A stretch of 64,000 nt of DNA from Chiloscyllium plagiosum (taxonomy: Eukaryota): contig NC_057751.1 in the NCBI RefSeq assembly GCF_004010195.1, positions 513,248-577,247 of the forward strand. Direction: 5' to 3'. This document shows, in pieces, positions 24,560 to 37,742 of this stretch (its first letter is position 1; the number at the start of each line of letters is the position of its first letter). Under the pieces are notes generated by a model. The model was not told the DNA's origin, searched no databases, and saw nothing but the letters and a program-made list of their open reading frames with translations. The translations under genes were made by a program, and so were the position numbers.

Positions 24560-24671
24560 GAGGCTGCATCCATTATTTCCCAGAGACCGGTGAATCCGAA
24601 GGAACTGTTCAAGGAACGCGAACGTGGTATGGCAGGAGATTCCTCTTCCCTTAGTGGAAGTGCGCAGCCAG
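24560..24671 (+). CDS. DBNL: DBNL exon: EAASIISQRPVNPKELFKERERGMAGDSSSLSGSAQP(G)
   Basis: ctcgttgcag acceptor, CAG|gtaaca donor; NPKELFKERER matches DBNL HPREIFKQKER. Confidence 0.92.
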
Positions 24672-26377
24672 GTAACACAGAAGTGTGGTCTTCTGTTAAT
24701 GTTCCAAACACCCAGTCCACAGACCAAATTGTCTCGCTGATCTTCAGTCATACTATTTTTTTTGTCTCAGTTAAAGCTGGTTTCTCTCAACAGCTTGAGT
24801 ATGCAGCGAGTGAGCCTCTTTCTAATCATTTATTACCAGGTTGCACTGTGTGAGCTGCACTTTTCTGCTTGGTCAGTCTGATAGCCAGAAAGACTTGCTG
24901 ATTCCTCTCACAATCCCGGCTTAACAGAGGTGTTTTCTTTTGAGGGAAAGAAGCATGCACACAGACACAAATCAGCTGGACATGTTTAGTTAACCAGCAG
25001 CTTGTCTTGTTCTGTTTCATGATTTTATTGCATGGTGGCTGGATTGCTCAACTAGAATATGATGTGTTGTAATGTGGATGGTGTTGTGGAAGTGTCCCAG
25101 AATGGTGAAGATGTTGCAGGTGCAGGAATGCCTATTTATTTATAACCGCACCGACTCAGCGTTACAACACCTTTCCTTCCAAAGCTCATGGTTCAGAAAC
25201 CATTTCACCTTTCTCAATAGACAGGTTCTCCAAATGAATGATGACCAGTATTTGAATTCATTTCTCACAGGTCGAAGTGAGGTGCAATCCACTCCTGTGT
25301 TAAACACATTTCAGGAGAATTTCACGTCCACCTCTTTCCGCAACTACCTGTGTACTCCAGTTATTGATCTCCTTATCTGTGCAAACATTTTTCATCTATC
25401 TAATTCAAACTTATGAATTCGAGTTTTTTAACATCTCAAGTTAAATCTGCCAGTGTATAAACAGCTCCTAGCCAGCTCTGTACAGTTGTCTCTGAGGGAC
25501 GAGTCAGTCTGATTACAATCTTATCGTGATATAAAAATTCAGATACGGAGGGGGACAAATTGCAAACTGATCTGCAGAAAAAACACATACTGAATTCTTG
25601 GTATATGTACTGTGAGCAGTGGCTGTTTGGAGGAATGCTTTTTGTTGCAGTATATAATTTTATTTTTCGCACATCCGCATCACAACAGAATATTAACCTC
25701 ATGTTTGTAAAAGAATTGAGGCTGTTATCAACAGAGCTGTTGCTCGCTTGTTCCTGGCTCCTGCTGTCACCACATTTGCTGCGCTGTTATCCTTGTGCAC
25801 TCTGCTTTTGTTAGAGCTTGAGTTGGGAAGGGTAGGACGGAGACTGTACTCAGTCCTTTAACGTTGTAAATCCAAGATGTTGTTCCTTGCCATTGGCTTT
25901 GAAGGTTGAGGGTAACTGGTGCCTGGACGCATAACCCCCAAGTCTCTCACCACCCCAATTTGGAAATGTATCAAATATGTTGTTAGTCAGAATTCTGAAA
26001 CTTCCAAAAAAACATCTCTGTGGGATTTCCTTTCACATAGTAACTGCAGTGGTCGAAGGAAACCAATCACTACTGTTTTCTAAAGGAGTGGTACTAAATG
26101 CCAGCTTTGATAAATCATTAAAATAAGATTAAAAATAAAGTTAATTCCAGTATGTGCAGCAACTCAGAATCATATTCCACTACTTTCTCCACATTCTTAT
26201 TTCCAGCATTGAAGACCATACTTGGAAGTGCATTTACAAAGCAGCAATCGTATGATTTGTGTTGCTCGCATTTAATGTCTTTGAATCTGTTGCTGTGTTG
26301 CTTTTAACAGTGTTCTGATGACAGTGCTGCTTACTGTTTATTCTGTTTCCTGCTTGCATTTTGCTTCTTCCTGCCAG

Positions 26378-26470
26378 GGAAGCTCAGGAGCCCCTTCCTG
26401 CAGTCCCAGATCAGCCAGCCAGAGTCCCCACCCTCACCGGTCCATTCAGCAGCCCAGTCAGCACCCCAAG
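26378..26470 (+). CDS. DBNL: DBNL exon: (G)KLRSPFLQSQISQPESPPSPVHSAAQSAPQ(G)
   Basis: ttgcttcttcctgccag acceptor; GKLRSPFLQ is identical to DBNL. The donor AAG|gttggc is weak, but read-through hits TAG a few codons later. Confidence 0.88.
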
Positions 26471-27606
26471 GTTGGCACTTCCACTTTTAGGTTTGTATGT
26501 GGTTGTTGAAACCAGCTCAAGCTCACAGAAAGGGCTGACTGACAAACAGAGTGTAGTCTGTCAAATTAATTTTGTAAACATACACTCAGCTGCATTTGTC
26601 AGCTTGCAAGTACACATTACGCTATCAGTGGTGGACAACTATCAGCTGTAGCCATGTGAATTGAATAGCACAAAAGTGTTTTACTGGTCATGCTTGAAGC
26701 TCCGAGTGATATCAGTCAGCCCTTGAGCTGGAGTGCAAACTGCAAATCAAGGTCATTATTGATAGATACATAAATTACAGGACAGACATTTGGTCCAGCT
26801 GCTGTCTGAAGGTATTCATGCTCAGCACCATCCCTAACCTACCTGAATTCATCTAACTGTAACACCAAATCTCACTTGGGCTGCTCTAACGTGCCCACAA
26901 ATCTGTGTGTTTGCTTCAATTCGTCCATGCAGTACCAAGTTTGAAATTATCATCACTTTGAAGACAATTCCCCAGAAATTTACCCATGTTTTGGACTTGG
27001 CAGCGAGAACTTTTCTTTTCCTGTCAACCCTTTTCCGAATATAACCTCTATCAGGGCATGGCCACTCTTCTTGTTCTCTGATAAGAGCCCTCCCCTCCCA
27101 TTGATACTTTACTGCTTTAGCTTCAGTTCTGGTATCATCCCTGTGAAACAACTGTGTCTTTTCTTGGGTTCCTCTATATCCCTTACATGCATTCCAAAAC
27201 TGTTCATAATCTTCCAAATGTCATCAAACCAGGGTCAATGCAGTTTTACACAGCGTTGAGTTCTCATGAGCACAATTGACACAAAGGTTAGACTTAAGTC
27301 TTGTCTGTGGATACAGTTGTAATCCAGACAACTGATGGTTGGAATTGCATAACTACCACATCAAGCTTTCCTGAAAATTACCTGATTTGCAGTTTTGCAT
27401 TTGTACAGAGCTTTGTTGTAGTAGTCTGAGAATTCTGTTTGCTAACTTGCCCCTTTTCGTTCCACTCCCCTTACCTGGTTTCTCCCCTGTTGATAAATGA
27501 TATTTAAGCATAACAGCATATTGCAGTTTAATCAGCACATTGTTGACGGAGTTTCATTGCTTGATGGCCTGTTGAGAAACTGAAATGTTCATGTGATCCT
27601 CACCAG

Positions 27607-27666
27607 GCACTCAAAATGCTCCAGAAGCCCATCCAATGGAAGAAGAGCCTCAAACAGAGTGGAATG
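27607..27666 (+). CDS. DBNL: Probable DBNL exon (60 nt, phase 1/1): (G)TQNAPEAHPMEEEPQTEWN(D)
   Basis: gatcctcaccag acceptor, ATG|gtacgt donor; open, frame-preserving, Pro/Glu-rich like the DBNL linker; no direct homology recognised. Confidence 0.7.
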
Positions 27667-27869
27667 GTACGTCAGCAATTGAGTTAGGTTCCCTGTGTAC
27701 CTGTTAGTGATATTCCGTGTATGTTTACTGGGGATTTGAACAAGTTGATGAGAAGCATTACCATTTGGTTTTAGCCCATTGATGTCCCTCGGTTGAGATG
27801 CTAAACATAAAAACTAGTAACAAAAGTAGGCCACGATGCCTTTTGAGCCTCCTCAGTCATGAGGTAGCT

Positions 27870-29530
27870 TTCCCAAAGAGAGTTAAGGAAAACGCAAAGA
27901 GATTAAGGGCAAGAGAGTAATTAGGGAGAGAATAGGGCCCCTTACAGATCAAAGACGAAAAGTGTGGTGCTGGAAAAGCACAGCAGGTCAGGCAGCATCC
28001 AAGGAGCAGGAGAGTCGATGTTTCAGGCATAAGCCCTTCGTCATTTCTGATGTGCTCTTCCAGTGCCACCACTTTCGACTCTGACTCTCAAGCATTTGCA
28101 GTTCTCACTTTCTCCCCTTAAAGGTCAGCATGGCTGTCTACGTATGGAACGACAGGAGTTGGGTGAGATGGTCAACTAATATTTTGCATCAGTGTTTACT
28201 GTGGAGGAGGATTTGGGAACTTGAAATAAAAATTGAAATCTTAAAGAGAATTCATGTTGCAGAAGTACCGTGCTGGAAGTCTTAAAACGCATAAAGGTAG
28301 ATCAGTCTCGCAGGACCTGTTCAGGTATATCCCAGAGTTTTATGGGAAGCAAGAGAAGAGATTGCTTGGTCCCTTTCTGATATTTTTGTATCATCAACGG
28401 TCACAAGTGAGTTGCTGGAAGATTGGAGGTTGGCTATTTGGGTGCCATCATTTAAGAGAAGCTGAGAGGAAAAAAACCAGAGAACTACAGACTGGTGAGC
28501 TTTACCATCAGTGATGGCTAAGTTGTTGGAGGAGAGTCAGAGGGACAGGATTTACGTAAATTTGAAAGCCAAGGACTGACTATGGATAGTCAGCATGGTT
28601 TTGTGCGTGAGAAATCGGTTTTTGAAGAGGTGACAAGGAACTTTGTTGAAGTAAGAAGAGTAGACGTTGTCTCTATGCAAAGTGTGCAGTAAAGAATTCG
28701 ACAAGCTTCCGCTTGGTTAGTGAAGTTAGATCACATGGGATCCATAGTGAGATGGCAATGGGCCGATGAGTGGCAGATAGAGTTTAATTTAGATAAATGC
28801 AAGGTGTTGCATCTTGCTACGGCAAATTCGGGAAGGACATCTACCCGTAATGGTAAGGCCTTGAGTATTGGCGAGCTAAGAGACTGACACAGTGCACGAG
28901 CATAGTTCCTTGAAAATGGAGTTGAAGATGTATAGGGTGATGAAGAATACATTGGCATGTTAGTGTTAATTGGTCAATGCATTGAGTATAGGAGTTGGGC
29001 TGTCATGTTGCAGCTGTACAGGACATTGGTGAAGCCACTTTTGGTATATTCCAAAGAATTCTGGTTGCCCTTTATAGGAAGGATCCTTGTAAACCTTTTC
29101 TACATCACAGGGTGTAGAAAAGGTTTACAAGGATGTTGCAGGGATTAATACGGTGAGGCTGAACAGGCTTTTTATCCATGGAGCATCAGAGGCTGAGGGC
29201 TGACCTTATGGAGATGTATAAACTCATGAGGACATGGATCAGGTGAGTAGCCAAGGTCGTCTTCCTAGGTTGGGGGAGTTCAAAACTAGAGGACATAGGT
29301 TTAAGGTGGGAGGAGAAAGATATAAAAGGGGCCTGAGGGATAACTTTTACACACCGTAGGTGATGTGTATCTGGAATGAGCTACCAGAGGTGGTGGTGAA
29401 GTGGTTACAGTTACAACACTGGATGGGTTTATGAAATAGGATACGTTTAGAGGGATAAGGGCCAAATGCTGGCAAATGTAACTAGATCCAGTTGGGAACA
29501 AAGGTCAGTGAGGATGAGTTGGACCAAGTT
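27870..29530 (+). mobile_element. Degenerate CR1 LINE ORF2 with a nested fold-back PLE remnant (~27950-28117)
   Basis: IGQCIEYRSWAVMLQLYRTLVKPLL and a CR1 3' end; PLE arms gtgctggaaaagcac.../ctcactttctcc. Confidence 0.8.
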
Positions 29531-29764
29531 GAGTGGATTCTTGAGAAGCGGTTGGCATTATGCTCAGTGGTAGAGATATTGGTAGGTGGAAAGATTGGTG
29601 TCCAGTGATGCAGAAGCTGAGCACTGAGAGTCTAATTCATCTGATGTCCCTAGACTATACTGATTCTGAGAGGTTTCTGCCATGTCTTAACACCCTGTCC
29701 GTGATAGGATTTGGTTCTTAGCTTGAAACCTTGCAATGTGAACAGCTTATTCCACTGCCTTCAG

Positions 29765-29785
29765 ACCTGTCACGGAACGGAAAAG
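29765..29785 (+). CDS. DBNL: Candidate 21-nt DBNL microexon (phase 1/1): (D)LSRNGK(D)
   Basis: ttattccactgccttcag acceptor, AAG|gtagga donor; frame-preserving and phase-compatible with the flanking exons. Confidence 0.45.
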
Positions 29786-30067
29786 GTAGGACAAAGTACA
29801 TGCAAGCAAACTGAAGGATCTGTATCGTGACATGAGGGGTGTATCTGTATGTTTCGAGGTGAGCCTGGAGGTAAGGTTAGGGGTCAGAGAGCATCGGAGC
29901 TATGGGTGGCATTGGGAGCCGGAGGGTAAGAGGGGGATAAGAGCCGTGGTATGGAAGGGATGAGAGCCAGGGGATAAATAGATGCGTCTCTGTTTTAAAT
30001 GTTGCAGCATTTCTTTGACTGGTCCTCTCTCTAATGGCCATTTGTTTTGGTTTTTGCTTCCATACAG

Positions 30068-30198
30068 ATGAGAAGGTTGACAGTAAAGAAGGTTATAGCT
30101 GGCAGTTCCACCATTCTGAAACTTTAGAGCAGGACGATACATACGAGGATCCGGATGCATGTGTGCAACAACAAGACAGCTCCAAGCTTGTTGATGCA
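30068..30198 (+). CDS. DBNL: DBNL exon, acidic linker: (D)EKVDSKEGYSWQFHHSETLEQDDTYEDPDACVQQQDSSKLVDA
   Basis: tttttgcttccatacag acceptor, GCA|gtaagt donor; phase 1 in and 0 out bridges its neighbours; YEDP resembles the DBNL YEEP motifs. Confidence 0.85.
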
Positions 30199-32290
30199 GT
30201 AAGTGCTTTCCAAAATTGTCCTCTTTATCTCTCCCTAGCCCCAAAAACCCTTTTTTTTTCCTGTTTGAATCATAATCCCTACATAGTTTAACAGGGCCTG
30301 GATACCGTGCTCCTTTCTGTAATCTCCGCCAGGAAGTGGTGCCAGTGAGGATCTAAAATTTGAATTTAGGCTATTGTCAGAAGCAACAAGTATCTGTAGA
30401 TTTTTAATTAACCACAAACTGGCTTTTCAATTTAAAATAACAACAAAATGGCTGCAAGTAATGATTTGACTATGTGAACTTGAACTGATGCTTTGCTAAG
30501 TTGGTTGTGTTTAGAGATAAGAGAGAACAATGGATTTTCCATAATATGAATCGTAAGACAGTGATTTGGTATTAGAACTATCCTTGAACTGCTAGCATGA
30601 GGTGGTGATCTACATAAATTAAGAACCCTTTCCCAGGGAATATCATTGGATTAGCTTGCTGTCAATCATGTCACCATATTACAGTTGATTGGACTTTTCT
30701 TATAATTTAGGCTACTACCTTTTAAGAAAAACATATAAATAATGTGTAATTTTCAAATGTAGTTGTGCCATTTCTCCACGGAACACAGAAGCTTTTAACC
30801 TCTGTGTTGCTGGACAAATCTACGCCAGGCTGCCTTAATTTGTTAAACTGGTAACCTTGCTTTAAACAGACCGTATGCGTAGTGATTCTTTTGACCGATC
30901 TCGAACCAAGAGGCCCTGCAAGGGGGTCTAGATCTTCACTAGAAACCCTCCACATCTGATGTGTCTCTGTCATGATTCTTTATTTTCCATGCAATATATT
31001 TTTGGGAACTGGAACATGTGGAGTTCAATGGAAATGTTGCCTCGTTTGCACTCATTCCTCAAAACCTTTCCCAAGTAACAATGGGGGAGGCTGTTCAATA
31101 GATCTCTCCTGGCGTGACTGCTCTGGTTTGCAGGGCTTTGAGTGCAGAGTAGTCCTGGGGTGCTTCAAATGGCTTTAGATATTTGTCTTGGTGAGAGATA
31201 GCTGTCTTAAGAATCTGACTGCATGTTGAAACATGTCATAAAACCAGCTGCTGTTAATCCCGTCTCCTAACTTGAGGCTTATGAAGAGATGGGCGTTGGA
31301 GAGAGAAGAAGTTGGTTTCCATTGGGTGGTCAGAGCAGCCATTACCACAACAAGTTCAATTTGGGCCCCATAATTTTAGCCAGTGAAGAGGCTATGGAGC
31401 AGATCAACTGCAAGGGTACCAGAGATGGGGGACACTGAGTCTAGTTGTAGAGATGTACAGCATGGAAAAGACCCATTGGTCAAAATTGTCCATGCTGACC
31501 AGATATCCCAACCCAATCTAGTCCCACCTGTCAGCACTCGGTCCGTATTCCTCCAAACCTTTCCTATTCATATACACATCCAGATGCCTTTGAATGTTGT
31601 AATTGTACCAGCCTCCTCCATTTCCACTGGCAGCCCATTCCATACACGTACCACTCTCTGCGTGAAAAAGTTGCCCCTGAGGTCTCTCTCATATCTTTGC
31701 CCTCTCACTCTAAACCTATGCCCTCTCGTTCTGGATTCCCCCACCTCAGGGAAAGACCTTGTCTATTTATCCTATCCATGTCCCTCATGATTTTGTAAAC
31801 CTCTATAAGGTCACCCCTCAGCCTCCAATGCTCCAGGGAAAACAGCCCCAGCCTGTTCAGCCTCTCCCTACAGCTCAAATCCTCCAACCCTGGCAACATC
31901 CTTGGAAATCTTTTCTGAACCCTTTCACGTTTCACAACAGCCTTCCGATAGGAAGGAGACCAGAAATGAGAGAGGGAGAAACTGAGATTGTTTTTAAAAC
32001 AGGAAATGGACAGACAAACAAAGTGGTCAGAGTGAAGGGGCTTGAGAGATAGGCATAAACAATCTCCAGAGCCATGAGTTGGGAAGTTGAGGTTAGAGAT
32101 TTAAAATATGTGGCACAGAACTAGAAAGGAGGTTTGAATTTGCCTGCTTAACAAGTTAGGATTTGGAGTGTACGTCATTGGAGTTATGGAAGCAGATTCA
32201 AGAATAACTTTGAAAAGACTTTAAGAGAACAAGTTGTGTGCATTATTTGTCTTTTGCATTCATTTTCTAGTCTCTCTGTCTTTGTTTCAG

Positions 32291-32396
32291 GATGCGGGAG
32301 GTCAGGTGGCTGCCGAAGATAACAATTCATGCCAACCTGTGGCAGAAACTCAATATCAAGGACTGTGTGCCCGGGCTCTCTATGATTACCAGGCCG
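32291..32396 (+). CDS. DBNL: DBNL exon, start of SH3: DAGGQVAAEDNNSCQPVAETQYQGLCARALYDYQA(A)
   Basis: ctgtctttgtttcag acceptor, CCG|gtaggt donor; QGLCARALYDYQA is identical to DBNL. Confidence 0.96.
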
Positions 32397-34638
32397 GTAG
32401 GTACTTTTATAAATAAAAACAACTGTGTGCGTTGGAAATCAAAAACAAAAACAAAGTAATGGAGAATCTAATACTGTGTATTTTGGTTGCAATAGGTATA
32501 TATAACAGCATTACACCAACAAGAGTCATGTAGTTCACCAAGACATTCATCAACCAACTTAAAATTACGTTAACGTTTGGTCCCTTATTGTTTCAGTTAA
32601 GTCAGAATTTTTAAGGTTCACCTCATGTTCATGAGAGGAGAATTTGTGCTCTGTTTGGGTTACAATGAGATCCAGTTCAGGCAAAAGGTCTTGCATCCCA
32701 AGAAGCATGATCCTGATAGTGGATCAATCTATTTTTCAAATGATGGGAAGGCCTGCGAAAGCTGTATTAATTTTTTTATTCATTCGTGGGATATGGGTGG
32801 TGCTGGTTAGACCAAAGTTTATTACCCATCACTATTTACTTTTCAGAAGATGGTGGAACTGTTGTGGGCTGTGTGGCACTTGGAAGGGAATTCCAGGATT
32901 TTAATCCAATGACACAGAATGGTTATATTTCTAAGTCAGAATGGTCAGTGGTACGTGGTGACATTTCCATGGATCTGCTGCCCTTGTCCTTCTATACGGA
33001 GGTGGTTGTGGGTTTGGAAGATAGTATCTAAGGAGCTTAGGTGAATTTGAGCAATGCATCTCGTAGACTACACGCTTGCTTGTTGTAGGGTGTTTCCAGT
33101 TGTGTGAGACTAATTCAGCCATAAATGGTCACACTAAACTCACTCACATACTGTCACATACTACCTTTATGAACCATGCTCCAGGATAATAAATAATGCA
33201 ATTGACACAACTTTCAGATTTGACCATGAGAGTATGTTAGTACATACAGTGAATCCCAATATGACGCAACAGATAATTGCCAAGCAGTTGCATAGTCGCA
33301 GTTATACAGTATGGAAGCAGATCCATCAGTCCAACATGTCCATGCTGACTAGATTCTGAAACTGATGTAGTCCCATTTGCCAGCACTTGGCCCATATCCC
33401 TCGCAACCCTTCCTATTTATGTACCCATCCAGATTCCTTTTAAATGTTGTAATCATTCACACCTCTTCTGGCAGCCCGTTCCATAGAATCCCTACAGTAT
33501 GGAAGCAGGCCATTCAGCTCATCGAGTCCTCACTGACCCTCTGAAGATTATCTCGCATAGACCCAACCCCCTTCCCTTATCACTGTGAGTTCCTTATGGC
33601 TAATCCCACAATCCGAAAATGTGCATGCCAGGTGGTAGAAACTGGAGCACAAGAGGAATCCTGTTCAGAAAAGGGGAGAATATGACAACTCCGCAGAGTC
33701 ACCCGAGGCTGGAATTGAACTCCGGTCCCTGGCTATGTGAGGCAGCAGTGTGAACTGCTGAGACACTATACCGGTCCATACACTTGGTACTTTGTGCATG
33801 AAAAGGTTGCCCCTCAGGTCACTTTTAAATCTTTACCCTCTCTCACTTTACACCTCGGCCTTCTAATTTTGGACTCCTCTACTCTGGGAGAAAAAGACTT
33901 TGTCTGTTTATCCTAACCATGCCCCTCATGATTTTATAACCTCTATAAGGTCAGCCACCGACACTCCAGGGGAAAGAAACCCCCAACCTATCCAGCCTCT
34001 CCCTAACAACCCTCCAGTGCTGACATCATCCCTGTAAATCTTTCCTGAACCCTTTCAAGCTTAACCGGAATGAAATGCAGTGTTCCCCACCATTAATTGT
34101 ACAAGTCCTGCCCTGGTTTGCCGATGCAGCACCTTGCATTTTACTAAATTAAACTCCATCTGTTGACTGAAAGCCTTGTTTGAGTGCATATTACTTTCCG
34201 CCCCTGTCTAGTTGGTATTAGAGTCATAGAGATGTACAGCATGAGACAGACCCTTTGGTCCAACTCGTCCATGCTGACCAGATATCCCAACCCAATCTAG
34301 TTCCACCTGCAGCACCCAGCCTGTATCCCTCTAAACCCTTCCTCTTCATAAACCAATCCAAATGCCTTTTAAATGTTGTCATTGTACCAGCCTCCACCAC
34401 ATCCTCTGGCAGTCCATTCCACGCATGCACCACCCTCTGTGTAAAAAAAGATGCCCCTTAGGGCTCTTTCCCCTCTCACCCTAAACCTATGCCCTCTAGT
34501 TCTGGACTCCTCCTCTTCCCCCCCCCCCCAGGGAAAAGACCTTGTTTATTTATCCTGTCCATGCCCCTCATGATTTTATAAACATGTATTAGGTCACCCC
34601 TCAGCTTCCGACGATGCAGGGAAAACAGCTTCTCCCAT

Positions 34639-34959
34639 GGGCAGCACGGTGGCACGGTGGTTAGCACTGCTGCCTCACAGCGCCAGAGACCCGGGTTCAT
34701 TTCCCGCCTCAGGCGACTGACTGTGTGGAGTTTGCACGTTCTCCCCGTGTCTGCGTGGGTTTCCTCCGGGTGCTCCGGTTTCCTCCCACAGTCCAAAGAT
34801 GTGCAGGTCAGGTGAATTGGCCATGCTAAATTGCCCGTAGTGTTAGGTAAGGGGTAAATGTAGGGGTATGGGTGGGTTGCGCTTCGGCGGGGCGGTGTGG
34901 ACTTGTTGGGCTGAAGGGCCTGTTTCCACACTGTAAGTAATCTAATCTAATCTAATCTA
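34639..34959 (+). mobile_element. HE1-type SINE nested in CR1
   Basis: A/B boxes and (AATCT)n tail; near-identical to the other copies. Confidence 0.92.
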
Positions 34960-36158
34960 TAGCTCAAACCCTCCAAACCAGGCAACATCCTTGGAAATCT
35001 TTTGTGATCCCTTTCAAGTATCGCAACATCCTTCCGATAGGAAGGAGACCAGAAGTGCACGCAATATTCCAACAGTGGCCTAACCAATGTCCTGTCCAGC
35101 TGCAACATGACCTCCCAACTCCTGTACTCAGTACACTGATCAATAAAGAAAAGCATACCAAACGCCACCTTCACTATCCTATGTACCTGTGACTCCACTT
35201 TCAAGGAGCTATGAACTGTATTGTAGAACAATGGAACTCCTGACCTTGAGTATTATAAGATATGGAACTGCATTCCAGTGGACTCTTATCTCCTTGGTTT
35301 TATAAACCAGTGAATGTTATTGCTTGCCTTGTCGATTTGGAAGCAGTGATGAGGTGGTGACTGTCACTGTTGGGTGGGATTGATTTTAGTTTAGAATTTG
35401 AAAAGCTTTGTACTTTATAGTCTTGGGGGCAAACAGGTTGTTTTTTAAGTAGGGTCACTTTTCCCAAACCTGGGATATTCCTTGGTGAAAAACTTTAGGT
35501 TTAAATTAATATGCTTTAGACTGAAAGTGGGTGGTGGAGGGAGTGCAAGTTATGAATGAGGCCATTTAAGGGGGATGCTTTGTCCAGGATGGTGTCGAGC
35601 TGCTTGAATGTTGTTGGGGATCCACTGCTTGTAGCGGCAGTATTTATATGGACTGCTCCAAATCACTTTCTGGTCATTGCAAATCCCCAGGATGTTGATG
35701 GGGAGGATTCAGTGACGGCAATGCCTTTGAATGTCAAGTGGTGGTGGTGGTGGTGGTAAGATTTTCTTCTGTTGGAAATGGTCACAACTTGGCATTTGTG
35801 TGGTATGCATGTTACCTGTCAGCCCGGGGGCGGGGCGTGTTGTCAACCCAATTAATAGGGGAAATTGGATACCAGTAAAGTTTGTAAATAAGACCATATG
35901 CAATAGGACCAGGAATAAGCTGTTCACCCCCTCAAGCCTGCTCAGCCATTCACTAGAATCATGGCTGATCAGGCATGCTCACATTCACTTTCCTGTCCTT
36001 CCCCTGACCTTGGATTCCCTGACTGATCAAGAATCAGGAACTTGTCTGCTAATTTGTTTTCTCTCTGCCCCCTCTGCTTCTCATCACCTCATTTCCCCTC
36101 CCTCCTGCCTTTCTCTTTCCTCATTCCATCCCACCCCCTTCCTGTTGGACACTTGCAG

Positions 36159-36301
36159 CTGATGAAACAGAGATTTCGTTTGATCCAGATGACATCCTGA
36201 CCAGCATCGAGCAGATTGATGAGGGCTGGTGGCGGGGTTATGCAGTGGATGGCAGTTTCGGTATGTTTCCAGCGAACTATGTGGAGCTCCTGACTGGTTA
36301 G
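36159..36301 (+). CDS. DBNL: DBNL last coding exon, SH3: (A)[46 protein letters not shown]
   Basis: Pyrimidine tract and acttgcag acceptor; SH3 motifs GWWRG and [13 protein letters not shown] at 36299-36301. Confidence 0.97.
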
Positions 36302-37742
36302 TCAGCGCACAGAGCGTTGACCTTGCTGATGGTGCCCAAACCACTATCTTATCAGCATCAACAAGATCTTTTCAATCGCCAATTGCAAGCCAAATCTACT
36401 GAGTGCCTCAAGCTTTCCTTTCTCATTTTAACAGGGAAGGGCTGTGGGTGGGAATTTGATCACGGGATTCAAGTTTTCAGTCTTATTGTTTGAAAGTACT
36501 GGCTTAGTAACCACTAGAGGGCTGTATTCTCCCTTGTACCCATGCCCTCACTCCCCTCTTTGTTATCCTGACCCATGCACTGCTTTGTCCAACCCTTACT
36601 TGGCCCCCAAAGTTATTCAGCGGATGTAACTGGCCAGGGCCCAGTTGGGTGGTGCGGTATCGGGGGTCTGTCAGTGTGCTGAAGGCCATGGAACAGGGAA
36701 GGACTGGAGTGGGGGCTTAACCAGTGACTCTCAAAACTCGTCCGGACCAAGAAAAGACAACTTAATGGATAGTGGGAAAACTTGCACATTCCTGTACGTG
36801 TGTCTAATCAGGTTTTCTTTGTGCTAATTAAGAGGGCTGCAAACTTATCATTTTCCTCTACTGCTGGGCTAATGGCTTTGTCTGAATGGTGACACAAAAC
36901 TGAAGTACTGTAGATGGGAATATGAAATAGAGTGGCAAATGCAGGATCAGACAGTGTATCAGCGGAGAGATTGAATAAATACTTCTGTTTAATGGCCTTT
37001 CACTGGAATTGGAAGCTGCTTGGTCGGGCAGTGGAGGAGAAGCAGATTTGAGACGCATTCAGAATCAGAGTTGAACAGCAAGGTCAATAATCTGTTATTC
37101 CTCCAGCAGAAGTACAACAATGGGAGTACAATAACACCCAATTGTGTGTTCATCTTCTCCATGTGTCCATGTCCATACCTTAACAGTTCCTCTCCTCAGT
37201 ATTAGTTGAGCCACAACTACTTGCTTGCAGGAGGAAATGAAAGTTTTCCAGACATTGGCACTGTTCCTTCAGTTCAATGCTGGGGCTAGGGGGGATTTAA
37301 GAGAATCCTGGGGTGGAATCAACTGCAGCAAGCTCTCTCCCATTTCATCCCTGTTTGGGTGTTGAGACTTGCCCTGCTCAGCCTTCACTGACCGCAGTGT
37401 TTGTGAGTTATGTGTTAGATTAGTGAGATTGTGCTGACTGAAAAATGTGGCCTTTATCTGGGTTTTAACTAAGGCTGTCTAAAATGTTAACAATTGTGAA
37501 TCTGAGTGTTTTGAAATGATTTTTTAAAAACGTGAATCATGCCAATGCAAAATATGAATTGTTTCCGGAGTATCTCGCAGGCGTGTGACTGGCAGTATTC
37601 CTTGCATACCCCACGGTATTTGGATCTGGTATACGGTATCTGGAGTGAACCATGATGAGTTTGTGACAAACTAGGAATATTTACCAACTCAATCTCTTCA
37701 CTTCTCTGCTTTCCTGAAAGTGTCACTTGTTGCATTGTCATT

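Larger units (their letters stand above)
31444..35218 (-). mobile_element. Cluster of CR1 3' fragments (~31444-31965, ~33295-34165, ~34218-35218) flanking a DBNL exon; diverged SINE at ~33483-33772
   Basis: RVQKRFPRMLPGLEDL...LGLFSLEHWRLRGDLIEVYKIM and related translations in each fragment. Confidence 0.85.

Noticed and set aside
24557..24562. NAGNAG (CAGGAG) alternative acceptor
   Set aside because: GAG is rarely used as the distal acceptor, and there is no supporting evidence.
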